NCBI GenBank assembly: GCA_963675215.1
Contig: OY775914.1
Span: 3,848,149 to 3,912,148, forward strand
Length of the DNA stretch: 64,000 bases
Direction of reading: 5' to 3'
Source: Bacteroidales bacterium
Lineage (GTDB): Bacteria > Bacteroidota > Bacteroidia > Bacteroidales > GCA-2711565
In this document: positions 10,113 through 19,601 of the stretch, piece after piece
Layout: each line of letters begins with the position of its first letter
How positions within the stretch are numbered: position 1 is the first letter of the stretch
Notes under the pieces: generated by a model
Told to the model about the DNA's origin: nothing
Seen by the model: only the letters and a program-made list of their open reading frames with translations
Databases searched by the model: none
Program-made: the position numbers and the translations under genes

Positions 10113-11072
10113 TTAACCTCTTTGAACCAAATAATAGAGATAAAAGACATACAGAATAACGAATATCACACCCCAGGCACGACCAATTTGATGTTTTTTG
10201 CTTAAAACAATTGCAGGTAAAATCATAACAATTGCTCCGAGCATAACCAAAATATCAACATTATTGATGAGTTCAAAAGGCAAAGGTTTTATCGTTGCAC
10301 TAATCCCGAGCACCCATAAAAGGTTAAAAATATTTGAGCCAATAATATTCCCAACAGCAATATCAATATTTTTACGACGAGCCGCTACCACCGAAGTAAC
10401 CAGTTCGGGCAAAGAAGTACCAATCGCCACAATGGTTAGCCCAATAAATTCCTTACTCAAACCCATATCGGTCGCGATTTTTGTAGCACCTTTCACAACC
10501 CACTCACCCCCAAAAAATAACATGACGATTCCTATCCCGATCAGTATTAAAGATTTAGATGGTGTGTATTCAGGCTTGGATATTTGAACTTCAATCTTTT
10601 GTTCATCCTTAGCCATTCTAAAAATATACATCATAAATAAAATGAAGAAGAACATTAAGATGAAACCATCTGCACGACTAAAAAACAAGCCGGTCTCCGT
10701 TCCCGAAAAAGATGCATTTGCCAAAAATCCTGCCAGTAAAGTAGCAATCATGGCAAAAGGTATTTCGGAATAGAGTGTACTTTTCCGAATGGGCAATGGG
10801 CTAAAAACCGCAGACAAACCAAGTATTAACAAAATATTGGCAACATTGCTACCAAAAATATTTCCAATCGCGATAGATGAATTGTCGTTAAAACTTGCAA
10901 ATAAATTAATGAATAATTCAGGCAAAGAAGTTCCGAGAGAAACAATGGTCAATCCAATTACAATATCGGAGATTTGATATTTTTTAGCAAGGGATGAGGA
11001 ACCTTTAATTAAAAATTGGGCACCTTTGATTAATAAAACAAACCCAATAACAAAAAGAAAATAACTTATCAT
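10113..11072 (-). CDS. CaCA-family sodium/calcium antiporter (YrbG-like)
   Basis: 319 aa polytopic protein with two alpha-repeats, each carrying GTSLPEL. Confidence 0.85.
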   Translation of the reverse strand: MISYFLFVIGFVLLIKGAQFLIKGSSSLAKKYQISDIVIGLTIVSLGTSLPELFINLFASFNDNSSIAIGNIFGSNVANILLILGLSAVFSPLPIRKSTLYSEIPFAMIATLLAGFLANASFSGTETGLFFSRADGFILMFFFILFMMYIFRMAKDEQKIEVQISKPEYTPSKSLILIGIGIVMLFFGGEWVVKGATKIATDMGLSKEFIGLTIVAIGTSLPELVTSVVAARRKNIDIAVGNIIGSNIFNLLWVLGISATIKPLPFELINNVDILVMLGAIVMILPAIVLSKKHQIGRAWGVIFVILYVFYLYYLVQRG

Positions 11073-11170
11073 AAAACACCCCGTTCAGTAAGCGAACAAA
11101 GTTAATAGAATATTTAAAGATACAAGATTGAAATCATTCTATGCTTTCAAAACTCAGGTTTTCTAATATT

Positions 11171-12235
11171 TCACAACCATCGTTTTCGTTTAAAATATCG
11201 GATCATAAATGCAATAATAATGGCCATAAGAATCCAAATGGCAAAATAACCATACTTCCAATGGAGCTCGGGCATATTCTCAAAATTCATCCCATAGATA
11301 CCGGCAATAAATGTGAGCGGAATAAAAATGGTTGCAATGATTGTTAAAACCTGCATCACTTGATTCATCCTATTACTAACTCCTGATAAATACAGATCCA
11401 TGATACTGGCCACCGCATCACGTTGCGAATCTATGGTGTCATTGACCTGAATGATATGCTCATATACATCCCGCAAATAACGCGTTGTGCTCTCATCAAT
11501 CAAACCATTGGCATCTTTTTCTAAATAAGAAACTGCTTCACGTAAAGGCATGATTGACTTTCGTAGTGTAGTAAGTTGCTTTTTTAATCGTTGTATTTCA
11601 TGCAATGATTCCTGATCTTGCTTATTGAGTACACTTACTTCAAGACCGTCAATAACATCCGATAAATGTTCTGTAACAAAAAAGTAGTTATCTACAATGG
11701 TATCAATCAATCGGTAAAACAAATAATCCGATTTCCTGTTTCTGATATTTCCTTTTTTTTCTTTTATTCGTTCTCTGAGCGTATCAAAAACATCACCCTC
11801 TTGTTCTTGAAACGAAAGCACCCAGGTTTTACCTAATATCAAGCTTACTTGTTCCGATATAATCTGCTTTCCATCTTTACTTACTCCAAACATTTTTAAG
11901 GTGAGGAATATACAATTATCGAATTCTTCGATCTTCGGCCTATGGCGGGTGTTCAAAACATCCTCAAGCAAAAGCGGATGTAATTCGTAATGCTTACCTA
12001 TTGACGCGATATCTTCAATTTCATGCAAGCCATCCACATTTACCCAACTAATACTTTTTTTGTCTTTATAGGTAAAGCATGCTTCCGGGGTTTTACATAC
12101 CTCTTCCAAAAAATAATCCTGATCATAATCAATAACAGATATTTTTATCTTGTGTGACTTTCGCTTTCCAATATGAACTAATGCACCAGGCGGAAGACCA
12201 GCTTTTCTTGAAATAGATTTTAGGTTTTCATTCAT
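11171..12235 (-). CDS. corA: CorA magnesium/cobalt transporter
   Basis: 354 aa with two C-terminal TM helices carrying the YGMNF signature. Confidence 0.9.
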   Translation of the reverse strand: MNENLKSISRKAGLPPGALVHIGKRKSHKIKISVIDYDQDYFLEEVCKTPEACFTYKDKKSISWVNVDGLHEIEDIASIGKHYELHPLLLEDVLNTRHRPKIEEFDNCIFLTLKMFGVSKDGKQIISEQVSLILGKTWVLSFQEQEGDVFDTLRERIKEKKGNIRNRKSDYLFYRLIDTIVDNYFFVTEHLSDVIDGLEVSVLNKQDQESLHEIQRLKKQLTTLRKSIMPLREAVSYLEKDANGLIDESTTRYLRDVYEHIIQVNDTIDSQRDAVASIMDLYLSGVSNRMNQVMQVLTIIATIFIPLTFIAGIYGMNFENMPELHWKYGYFAIWILMAIIIAFMIRYFKRKRWL

Positions 12236-13109
12236 CAGTTATGAGTTTATTATTAGCCGGCAAATCTTTTTTGTATACAAGTGTATGATAAGGGAATGGA
12301 ATTTCAACTCCTTCTGCATCAAATCTTTTTTTAATCGCTTTGTTAATATCACTATGCATTTGCATGGCATTAAACGGATCATTAGTCCAAACGTATGCCC
12401 TCAAATTGACGCTAAAGTCTCCGAAAGAAATTAGCCGAACATTTACCTGAGGATCTTTCTTATTCTTTTGTTTTCTCGATCGAACATCAATACAACTGGG
12501 GTGTTTCAAAGCTTCCTCCTGAATTATTTTTGTTGCAAGCTCAACATCACTATCATAGCTAATGCCAATTTCAACCCATTTACATATTTTAGAATCCTCA
12601 ATATTATCATTAATAATCGTTTCTGAGCCAACGACTGAATTTGGGATAATAATGCGTTTATTCTCGAAATTTGTAATGATGGTGTGGCGCAGGGTAATGT
12701 CTTCTACAACTCCATATTCCAATGTACCAACCTTTATCATATCACCTACCCTAAAAGGTTTAAACATAACAATAAATATCCCGTTAATTATATTTGCAAA
12801 AGCTTGCTGTGCAGCAAACCCGATAATTGCCATTAAAATTCCGGCACCTGCAAATAAGGTAATGGCTAATGCTTTAAGTTTAGGGATTAGTGAAATTATC
12901 GCAGCTACTGCAATAACCCAAATGATGAGTGAAGCTGCATTTCTAAAGAATTTATACCGAGTTGGGTCAATCCTTAATTTTTCAGATGAATTAATAAACG
13001 ATTTTGTAATTAACCACCTTACAAATCGGGTTAATATGATCGCACCAATAAAGATTAGAACAATCAATCCAAATTCCCAGTTTAGTTTTAGTTTATCTAA
13101 AAAATCCAT
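12228..13109 (-). CDS. MscS-family mechanosensitive channel
   Basis: 293 aa with three N-terminal TM helices, then the PFRVGDMIKV beta-domain motif typical of MscS. Its end overlaps the corA start by 8 nt. Confidence 0.85.
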   Translation of the reverse strand: MDFLDKLKLNWEFGLIVLIFIGAIILTRFVRWLITKSFINSSEKLRIDPTRYKFFRNAASLIIWVIAVAAIISLIPKLKALAITLFAGAGILMAIIGFAAQQAFANIINGIFIVMFKPFRVGDMIKVGTLEYGVVEDITLRHTIITNFENKRIIIPNSVVGSETIINDNIEDSKICKWVEIGISYDSDVELATKIIQEEALKHPSCIDVRSRKQKNKKDPQVNVRLISFGDFSVNLRAYVWTNDPFNAMQMHSDINKAIKKRFDAEGVEIPFPYHTLVYKKDLPANNKLITDE

Positions 13110-13203
13110 TGGTTAAATATACTACATTTTGAAATAATCATCTTCCGGTTTACTTAATAATTTAATCTACAGTTAAGGAATTCAATAGTTCAATTTTACT
13201 TTT

Positions 13204-13211
13204 TATATTTG
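13204..13211 (+). promoter_or_regulatory. Candidate Bacteroidota -7 promoter box (TATATTTG) upstream of the sensor kinase
   Basis: Matches TAnnTTTG, 39 nt before the ATG at 13250. Confidence 0.35.
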
Positions 13212-13249
13212 TGAATCTGCAAAATCGGATTCCAGTTTAACTTACTTTC

Positions 13250-15079
13250 ATGAAGCAAAGAACTACCATCGTTAAAAAACTAATTGTATATTTTTTATTA
13301 CTAAATATCTTTACGATCATTGTGGTAGGGGCTTATTCATATTATCGGGCTAAAGATGCTTTGGTAAAACGGACTTTTGATCAATTAACGTCCCTGAGAA
13401 TCGAGAAAAAATACAGAATTGAGCGTTTTTTTGAAGATAGAATGTTAGATATTAGTCTTGTTTCAAAATCTGAAGATGTTAAAAACATCATTCATCTAAT
13501 GGATATTAAAGATCAACATTACCAAAATAATGCAGCGCAAATAAAACGGGAATACGATCATTTTCTGCGAAAGCATTTTTTATCGACCAACTACTATAAG
13601 CGTTTTTTCGTGATTAATAAGCTTGGGCAAACCGTTTCATTTACTGCATTAATAGACGAAACCACACAAATTAATTTTCATTCGGTGGAGCGTTTACCAA
13701 TCAATGGCTTGTACCAAAAAATCAACTTCAGTTCAGGCATTTCAATTGAGGATTACAAATTAGATTCAACAACAAATCTCCCAACAATATTTATTGGCAT
13801 GCCGGTGACAGATAATTTCGGCATTCAAAATGGTACTGTAATCATCGAGATTGATATTGATGCCATTAATTCAATCATGTATGAAAACAATCCACACAAC
13901 GGGTTAGGAAAGTCTGGGGAGTCATATTTGGTTGGGAGTGATTCACTGATGCGAAGTACTTCACGTTTTGAGGATCATGCTATTTTTAAAACTTTTGTCA
14001 GAACAACAGGTTTTAAAAAAGCACTAAATGGAGAAACTGGGGCAGAAGTCATTAAAGATTATCGAAATATTACAGTTTTAAGTTCTTATAGCAAAGTTGA
14101 CATCCCCATTCTTGACTGGGCCATTTTGGCAGAGATTGACGAAAAAGAAGCCATGATCCCCATTGATTCTATCCGAAATAACATCCTTTATCTTAGTGTA
14201 TTAATGTCGCTACTACTGTTTGCTTTTGTTTATATAATCGCTAAGCGAATCAGCTTGCCTATTGTTAAACTGAAACATGCAGCGCAAAATATTACAAGTG
14301 GTAATTATGACGAACTTGTTGAAGATATTGTTAGCAATGATGAAATTGGAAGTTTAGTAGATGCTTTTAATGAGATGTCGGCTAAAATTAAGGAGCAAAC
14401 CGAAAACCTGAAGTTGGAACGGTCCATGCGTTTGAGTTCCATGATTGACGGACAGGAACTAGAGCGACAAAGATTGTCACGCGAATTGCATGATGGACTT
14501 GGACAATCAATCCTGGCCATTAAAATGCGACTTGAGCGCACCACAACAGCATCTGCCGAGAAAACAAAAATTATTATGGCTGAAGTGCAGGAACTTTTCG
14601 CCAATACCATTAGTGAAATTCGCAGCATCTCAAATAATCTAATGCCTGCTGTATTAAATGAATTTGGATTGGTTGATGCACTTATAAACCTATGTAGAGA
14701 GATTTCGGAAAACTCAGGATTAGAAATTAAATTAATTCATAAAAACCTCACTACAAAAATTGATGATAAAACAAATACTTATTTGTACCGTATTTCGCAA
14801 GAAGCTTTAAGTAACATTATCAAACATGCCAATGCAATATCTGTAAAAATTGAACTTCTATCAGATGATGAAAACATTTACCTTAATATTTCAGACAATG
14901 GGCAAGGGTTCTGTTATAAAGAAGATAGAAAAGTATGTGGTAATGGAATTTCAAACATGAAAGAAAGAGTACATTTGTTATCTGGTGAAATTGACATAAC
15001 ATCCAGCAAAAAAGAAGGAACAAAAATAAAAATTATAATTCCAATTAAATATGAAGAAGATTCAGGTTATCTTAGTTGA
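13250..15079 (+). CDS. Sensor histidine kinase (Cache-like periplasmic domain, HAMP, HisKA_3, HATPase)
   Basis: 609 aa with two TM helices flanking a roughly 280-aa extracytoplasmic domain. Has a HAMP segment, the H-box ELHDGLGQ, and N/G boxes (NIIKHA, DNGQGF, GNGISNMKER). Confidence 0.85.
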   Translation: MKQRTTIVKKLIVYFLLLNIFTIIVVGAYSYYRAKDALVKRTFDQLTSLRIEKKYRIERFFEDRMLDISLVSKSEDVKNIIHLMDIKDQHYQNNAAQIKREYDHFLRKHFLSTNYYKRFFVINKLGQTVSFTALIDETTQINFHSVERLPINGLYQKINFSSGISIEDYKLDSTTNLPTIFIGMPVTDNFGIQNGTVIIEIDIDAINSIMYENNPHNGLGKSGESYLVGSDSLMRSTSRFEDHAIFKTFVRTTGFKKALNGETGAEVIKDYRNITVLSSYSKVDIPILDWAILAEIDEKEAMIPIDSIRNNILYLSVLMSLLLFAFVYIIAKRISLPIVKLKHAAQNITSGNYDELVEDIVSNDEIGSLVDAFNEMSAKIKEQTENLKLERSMRLSSMIDGQELERQRLSRELHDGLGQSILAIKMRLERTTTASAEKTKIIMAEVQELFANTISEIRSISNNLMPAVLNEFGLVDALINLCREISENSGLEIKLIHKNLTTKIDDKTNTYLYRISQEALSNIIKHANAISVKIELLSDDENIYLNISDNGQGFCYKEDRKVCGNGISNMKERVHLLSGEIDITSSKKEGTKIKIIIPIKYEEDSGYLS

Positions 15080-15695
15080 TGATCACCAAATGTTCAGGGA
15101 TGGAGTTAAGTCCGTTTTGTCCGACGAAGAAAATATTGAAATTATCGGTGAAGTTGGAAATGCAAATGATTTATATGAACTCTTAAAATCAAAAACACCT
15201 GATTTGATTATTACCGATATTTCAATGCCTGATATCTCAGGAATTGATGTCACGAAATATGTTTCTGAAAACTTTCCAAATATCAATATTTTAATCCTGT
15301 CAATGCATTCGAATGAAGAGTTTATCACAAAAGCATTAAATGCCGGAGCCAATGGATATTTACCAAAGGATACGAGTATGAAAGAGCTTCTTGAAGCCAT
15401 TAATATTATTGCTAAAGGTGAAAATTATTTCAACAAAGGGATTTCAGATACAATACTGAAATCAATGGTTAATAAATCTAAGACAACAAAAACCGAAACA
15501 CTGACTAATCGGGAACTGGAAATTGTTTACCGTGTTGTTGAAGGTCTCACCAATAAAGAAATTGCCGAAAAACTAAACATCAGTGTCAGAACAGTTGACT
15601 CACACAAAAATAATGTTTTACATAAACTAAACATTAAATCCTCAGTCGAATTGGTAAAATATGCCATTAAAAACAAACTGGTAAAACTAGACTAA
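15051..15695 (+). CDS. NarL/LuxR-family response regulator
   Basis: 214 aa with receiver motifs (VDDH...DISMPD...K) and a C-terminal LuxR HTH (LTNRELEIVYRVVEGLTNKEIAEKLNISVRTVDSHK). Overlaps the kinase by 29 nt. Confidence 0.9.
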   Translation: MKKIQVILVDDHQMFRDGVKSVLSDEENIEIIGEVGNANDLYELLKSKTPDLIITDISMPDISGIDVTKYVSENFPNINILILSMHSNEEFITKALNAGANGYLPKDTSMKELLEAINIIAKGENYFNKGISDTILKSMVNKSKTTKTETLTNRELEIVYRVVEGLTNKEIAEKLNISVRTVDSHKNNVLHKLNIKSSVELVKYAIKNKLVKLD

Positions 15696-15814
15696 TATTT
15701 AAGCCGTTTCTAAAAAAAATATAAACCTCTAAGTAATATTACCTAGATCCTCTCCAAGTTTTTCTGATATCATTTTCAGCTTTATTACCGATTGTAGGAG
15801 TGCATCTCAATTGA

Positions 15815-15822
15815 TAGTTTTG
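15815..15822 (+). promoter_or_regulatory. Candidate -7 promoter box (TAGTTTTG) upstream of the porin-amt pair
   Basis: Matches TAnnTTTG. A TTG lies about 20 nt upstream, which would leave a roughly 100-nt leader before the ATG at 15933. Confidence 0.35.
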
Positions 15823-15932
15823 CATTATGCGCAATAGATCAATCAAGAGATATTATGCCATTTCTAAATCTATTAGAGCATTCCGCTCTTGTATAATTCA
15901 TTTATTAAAATTCACCTTAACCTATAATTACT

Positions 15933-16763
15933 ATGAATCAAACAACTAAATTTTTTAGTCTAATACTCATTTTTTTTATGAGTGCAGGTAACTTATTTGC
16001 CCAGGAAGAAATCAAAGAATCGCCTTGGAGTATAGGAGCAGATTTAACAAGCAGATATATTTGGCGGGGGATAAATCTTGGAGGTTCATCACCCAGCATT
16101 CAACCTTATTTGGAGTTTGGATTTGGAACAGACAAGCATGCTTTTACCATTGGTGCCTGGGGTGCTTATTCAACAAGCGGAATCCAAACCGGACAAGAAG
16201 CCGATGTTTATTTGTCCTATACCTTAAATGAAACTTTTTCATTCACCTTAACTGATTATTTTTTCCCTGATGAAATATCAGGACGAAATGATTACTTCAA
16301 TCGGAATATGAATTGGGAAAAGATTAATACTGGAGAAAAAGATCAAACTGGTCATGTTGTTGAAGCAGCTATAGCTTTCCATGGAGTTGAAGATTTTCCA
16401 ATCAGCATCATGTTTGCCATGAATATTTGGGGAGCTGATGCACAAAAACATTTTGAGCAATCAGGTAATATGGTTGCTGATGATAAAATTGTGATGTCAA
16501 AATATCTGGAGTTTGGCTATTCAACCGAATTCCAAGACCTTTCACTCAATCTTTTCGCCGGTTTGGCATTAGATAATCCTGAAATTGATAAAGGTGAACC
16601 AACTGGTTTTTACGGACAAGAAAATGCTGGTCTTATCAATCTGGGATTAACCTTATCTAAAGAAATTCAGATTACAGATAAATATGCATTGCCGATTTCA
16701 GCATCATTAATTACAAATCCTGAAGCCGGAAATATTTTTATGGTATTTGCAGTATCCTTTTAA
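15933..16763 (+). CDS. Outer-membrane beta-barrel protein, TorF/Gcw_chp-like putative porin
   Basis: 276 aa with a signal peptide (NLFAQE). The early motif LTSRYIWRGINLG...IQPYLEF resembles the TorF-family porin signature, and the protein ends with an aromatic residue (AVSF). It sits directly upstream of amt. Confidence 0.5.
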   Translation: MNQTTKFFSLILIFFMSAGNLFAQEEIKESPWSIGADLTSRYIWRGINLGGSSPSIQPYLEFGFGTDKHAFTIGAWGAYSTSGIQTGQEADVYLSYTLNETFSFTLTDYFFPDEISGRNDYFNRNMNWEKINTGEKDQTGHVVEAAIAFHGVEDFPISIMFAMNIWGADAQKHFEQSGNMVADDKIVMSKYLEFGYSTEFQDLSLNLFAGLALDNPEIDKGEPTGFYGQENAGLINLGLTLSKEIQITDKYALPISASLITNPEAGNIFMVFAVSF

Positions 16764-16796
16764 TTCAATTAAACATCCAACTTAAAAAACACAATT

Positions 16797-18008
16797 ATGT
16801 TCGACACAGGTTCAACAACATTTATGATTTTATGTACAAGCTTGGTTATGCTTATGACACCAGGCTTAGCTTTCTTTTATGGCGGTTTAGCCAGTAAAAG
16901 AAACATATTAGGAATCATGGTACAAACTTTTGTATCTCTTGGAATTACAACAATTATGTGGGTAACCATTGGTTATTCTCTATGCTTTAGTGGTGGTGAA
17001 GGAGGCATCATTGGAAACCTTGACTTAGCCTTTTTAAAAGGAATTGCTTTCGACCAGGCCTACGATAATGGAAAATATCCTGTATACATTTTTATTGCTT
17101 ACCAAATGATGTTTGCAATTATTACACCTGCACTCATAACAGGTGCTTTTGTAAATCGAGTAACATTTAAGGCCTATCTCATTTTCTTGGTGGTATGGCA
17201 AATTTTTGTTTATTATCCTTTTGTACATATGGTATGGGGTGGAGGAATACTTGCAGATTGGGGAGTTTTAGACTTCGCAGGAGGCATTGTTGTTCATGCA
17301 ACTGCAGGTTTTGCAGCGCTAGCATCCGTATTTTATGTAGGTAAACGTCGTGACACTAATTCACCTCCCAATAGCATTCCGTTGGTTGCCATTGGTACAG
17401 GTTTATTGTGGTTTGGATGGTATGGTTTTAACGCAGGTAGCGAATTAGATGCCGATGCCATTTCTACGCTTGCCTTTTTAAATACCGATGTCGCCGCATC
17501 CTTTGCTGCAATCACCTGGTTAATTATCGAATGGATCAAAGAGGGACAGCCTAAGTTTGTCGGATTATTAACCGGAGCAGTTGCTGGTTTGGCAACCATA
17601 ACCCCTGCCGCAGGATATGTTCCAATTTGGGCAGCAATGCTCATTGGAATTGCTGCCGGAGCGGTTTGTTTCCTGGCTGTTCAAATGAAAAACAAATGGG
17701 GATGGGATGATGCATTAGATGTATGGGGAGTCCATGGAATTGGTGGAACCCTTGGTACAATCTTGTTAGGCGTTTTTGCATTTTCACATATAAATGGTCA
17801 GGGTGGTTTACTTGAAGGAGATGTAGGATTCTTTTTAAAAGAACTAACTGCTGTTACTATTGCTGCTGTTTATGCCTTTGGATTTACTTATTTAATGCTG
17901 GTAGTGATTAATTTAATCTCACCAGTAAAAGCAACAGAAGAAGAAGAAGAATTAGGCATTGATCAGGCACTTCATGGTGAAGTTGCCTATGACGAAGGTG
18001 CCCTATAA
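16797..18008 (+). CDS. amtB: Ammonium transporter (Amt family)
   Basis: 403 aa polytopic protein with conserved FAGGIVVHATAG and DVWGVHGIGG (twin-His) motifs. Confidence 0.92.
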   Translation: MFDTGSTTFMILCTSLVMLMTPGLAFFYGGLASKRNILGIMVQTFVSLGITTIMWVTIGYSLCFSGGEGGIIGNLDLAFLKGIAFDQAYDNGKYPVYIFIAYQMMFAIITPALITGAFVNRVTFKAYLIFLVVWQIFVYYPFVHMVWGGGILADWGVLDFAGGIVVHATAGFAALASVFYVGKRRDTNSPPNSIPLVAIGTGLLWFGWYGFNAGSELDADAISTLAFLNTDVAASFAAITWLIIEWIKEGQPKFVGLLTGAVAGLATITPAAGYVPIWAAMLIGIAAGAVCFLAVQMKNKWGWDDALDVWGVHGIGGTLGTILLGVFAFSHINGQGGLLEGDVGFFLKELTAVTIAAVYAFGFTYLMLVVINLISPVKATEEEEELGIDQALHGEVAYDEGAL

Positions 18009-18047
18009 TATTTACCTCACTATTTGAGGAATTTGAGCTATTTCCCC

Positions 18048-18080
18048 AAACAGACTGCATGTTTTTGTAGTCTGTTTTTT
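18048..18080 (+). terminator. Rho-independent terminator after amt
   Basis: CAGACTGCA / TGTAGTCTG forms a 9-bp stem (one G-U) followed by a T-run. Confidence 0.7.
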
Positions 18081-18118
18081 TATTTAAATTTTAAGGATGC
18101 AAGGTTCACAACCGAATT

Positions 18119-18170
18119 ACTTATAAGTAGCCAAAACTTATATTTATTATGTACATTTGGCTAAGTATAA
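18119..18170. repeat. Palindromic element copy U (TTATAAGTAGCCAAA...TTTGGCTAAGTATAA) just upstream of the ATPase gene
   Basis: Its first 20 nt (ACTTATAAGTAGCCAAAACT) match 19594..19613 at 19 of 20 positions. Arms at 18121-18135 and 18156-18170 form an imperfect 15-bp inverted repeat. Confidence 0.75.
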
Positions 18171-18179
18171 TTATGTGCC

Positions 18180-19601
18180 ATGCAGAAATTAATTGGGCGA
18201 AAAAATGAGATAAAAACCTTATCAAAAGCCCTAAATAGTAACAAATCAGAACTTATTGCAGTCTATGGACGCCGCAGGGTTGGAAAAACATTTCTAATTC
18301 GAAATGTATACAAGAATCGCATTCTCTTTGAAATTTCAGGTATTTATAAAGTTCCTTTAAAGCAACAACTTTACAATTTCCATCTTACACTTTCGGTCAA
18401 AAACACCAATTTCAAAAAACCTTCAGGTTGGATAGAAGCCTTTCATCAATTGTCGAAATACATAAGCAGCCAAAGGTCTGAGAAGAAGAAAGTGATTTTT
18501 ATTGATGAATTCCCATGGCTTGATACCCGAAAATCAGGATTTCTTCCTGCATTCGATAATTTCTGGAATAGCTTCGCCTCAAAAAGAGATGATTTAGTTG
18601 TAGTTATTTGCGGTTCAGCAGCCTCATATATGATTCAAAACATAATCAAAAGCAAAGGTGGGCTCCATAATAGATTGACTGAAAAAATCCAATTAGCACC
18701 ATTCAATTTATATGAAACTGAAGCGCTTTTAAAACAAAATAAAGTAAAGCTTACCAGATACGATATATTGCAAATTTATATGGCTATGGGAGGAATTCCA
18801 CATTATCTGGAACGAATTTCATCAGGGGAAAGTGTCGCCCAGGCCATAGATCGGCTCTGTTTCAGAAAGGATGGGTTTTTAAGATCTGAATTCAAAAATA
18901 TTTTTGCTTCCCTCTTTAACCAGTACGAAAATCATGCATTGATCATCAGAATATTGGCATCCGTAAGAAAAGGTTTAACCAGAACCGAAATTGTACATCG
19001 CGGGAAGATCAGATCCGGTGGCACATTAAGCAAGACCCTGATTGAATTGGAGGAATCAGGTTTCATTGAAAAATACATCCCTTATCGGGGGAATAAAGAT
19101 GCGCTTTATAGGTTATCTGATGAATACTCAATGTTTTATATCAAATATATTGAAAACACAAAAGCATCCGATAATGATATCTGGATGAAGATGCATCAGC
19201 AAGCATCCTACAAAATCTGGTCGGGTTTTAGTTTTGAAACCATCTGCATGAAACATCTTGCACAAATAAAAGAAGGCTTAAAAATTTCAGGAATCAATGC
19301 AATTCAAGGCAGTTGGATCGAGAAAAATACACCAAACAGTACTCAGATTGATTTACTGATTGATAGAGATGACAATGTGATCAATCTTTGTGAAATGAAA
19401 TTTTATAATACTGAATATGCCATCGACAAAAAATACGCCAATGAAATAGCAAAAAAAGTGAATGCTTTTTCTATCAGCACCAAAACGAAAAAAAGTGTAT
19501 TTGTAACTTTCATCACAACTTACGGACTTATTCAAAATCAATACAGCAATCAATTCGTACAAAACGAACTTACAATGGATCACCTTTTTATTGACTTATA
19601 A
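18180..19601 (+). CDS. AAA/STAND-like ATPase (Arch_ATPase-type) with wHTH and a C-terminal PD-(D/E)xK-like nuclease motif
   Basis: 473 aa. Walker A GRRRVGKT (18267-18290), Walker B VIFIDEFPW, a wHTH-like LTRTEIV...LIELEESGFIEK segment, and IDLLI...LCEMKF (D-x13-E-x-K, about 19350-19400). Confidence 0.8.
   Translation: MQKLIGRKNEIKTLSKALNSNKSELIAVYGRRRVGKTFLIRNVYKNRILFEISGIYKVPLKQQLYNFHLTLSVKNTNFKKPSGWIEAFHQLSKYISSQRSEKKKVIFIDEFPWLDTRKSGFLPAFDNFWNSFASKRDDLVVVICGSAASYMIQNIIKSKGGLHNRLTEKIQLAPFNLYETEALLKQNKVKLTRYDILQIYMAMGGIPHYLERISSGESVAQAIDRLCFRKDGFLRSEFKNIFASLFNQYENHALIIRILASVRKGLTRTEIVHRGKIRSGGTLSKTLIELEESGFIEKYIPYRGNKDALYRLSDEYSMFYIKYIENTKASDNDIWMKMHQQASYKIWSGFSFETICMKHLAQIKEGLKISGINAIQGSWIEKNTPNSTQIDLLIDRDDNVINLCEMKFYNTEYAIDKKYANEIAKKVNAFSISTKTKKSVFVTFITTYGLIQNQYSNQFVQNELTMDHLFIDL

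Noticed and set aside
12562-13116. Long antisense ORFs in the track. Examples: 184 aa at 12562-13116 opposite MscS, 180 aa at 53255-53797 opposite nqrE/nqrF, 129 aa at 10198-10587 opposite the CaCA antiporter, and 112 aa at 40492-40830 opposite cysK.
   Set aside because: Each lies entirely opposite a gene with strong family motifs. Their translations are low-complexity (Ile/Ser/Phe-rich) with no recognisable motifs. They are typical shadow ORFs of AT-rich membrane-protein genes.
15696-15932. A glutamine (glnA-type) riboswitch or other nitrogen-responsive RNA upstream of the porin-amt pair.
   Set aside because: I found no match to the conserved glutamine-riboswitch core. Only short AT-rich hairpins are present.
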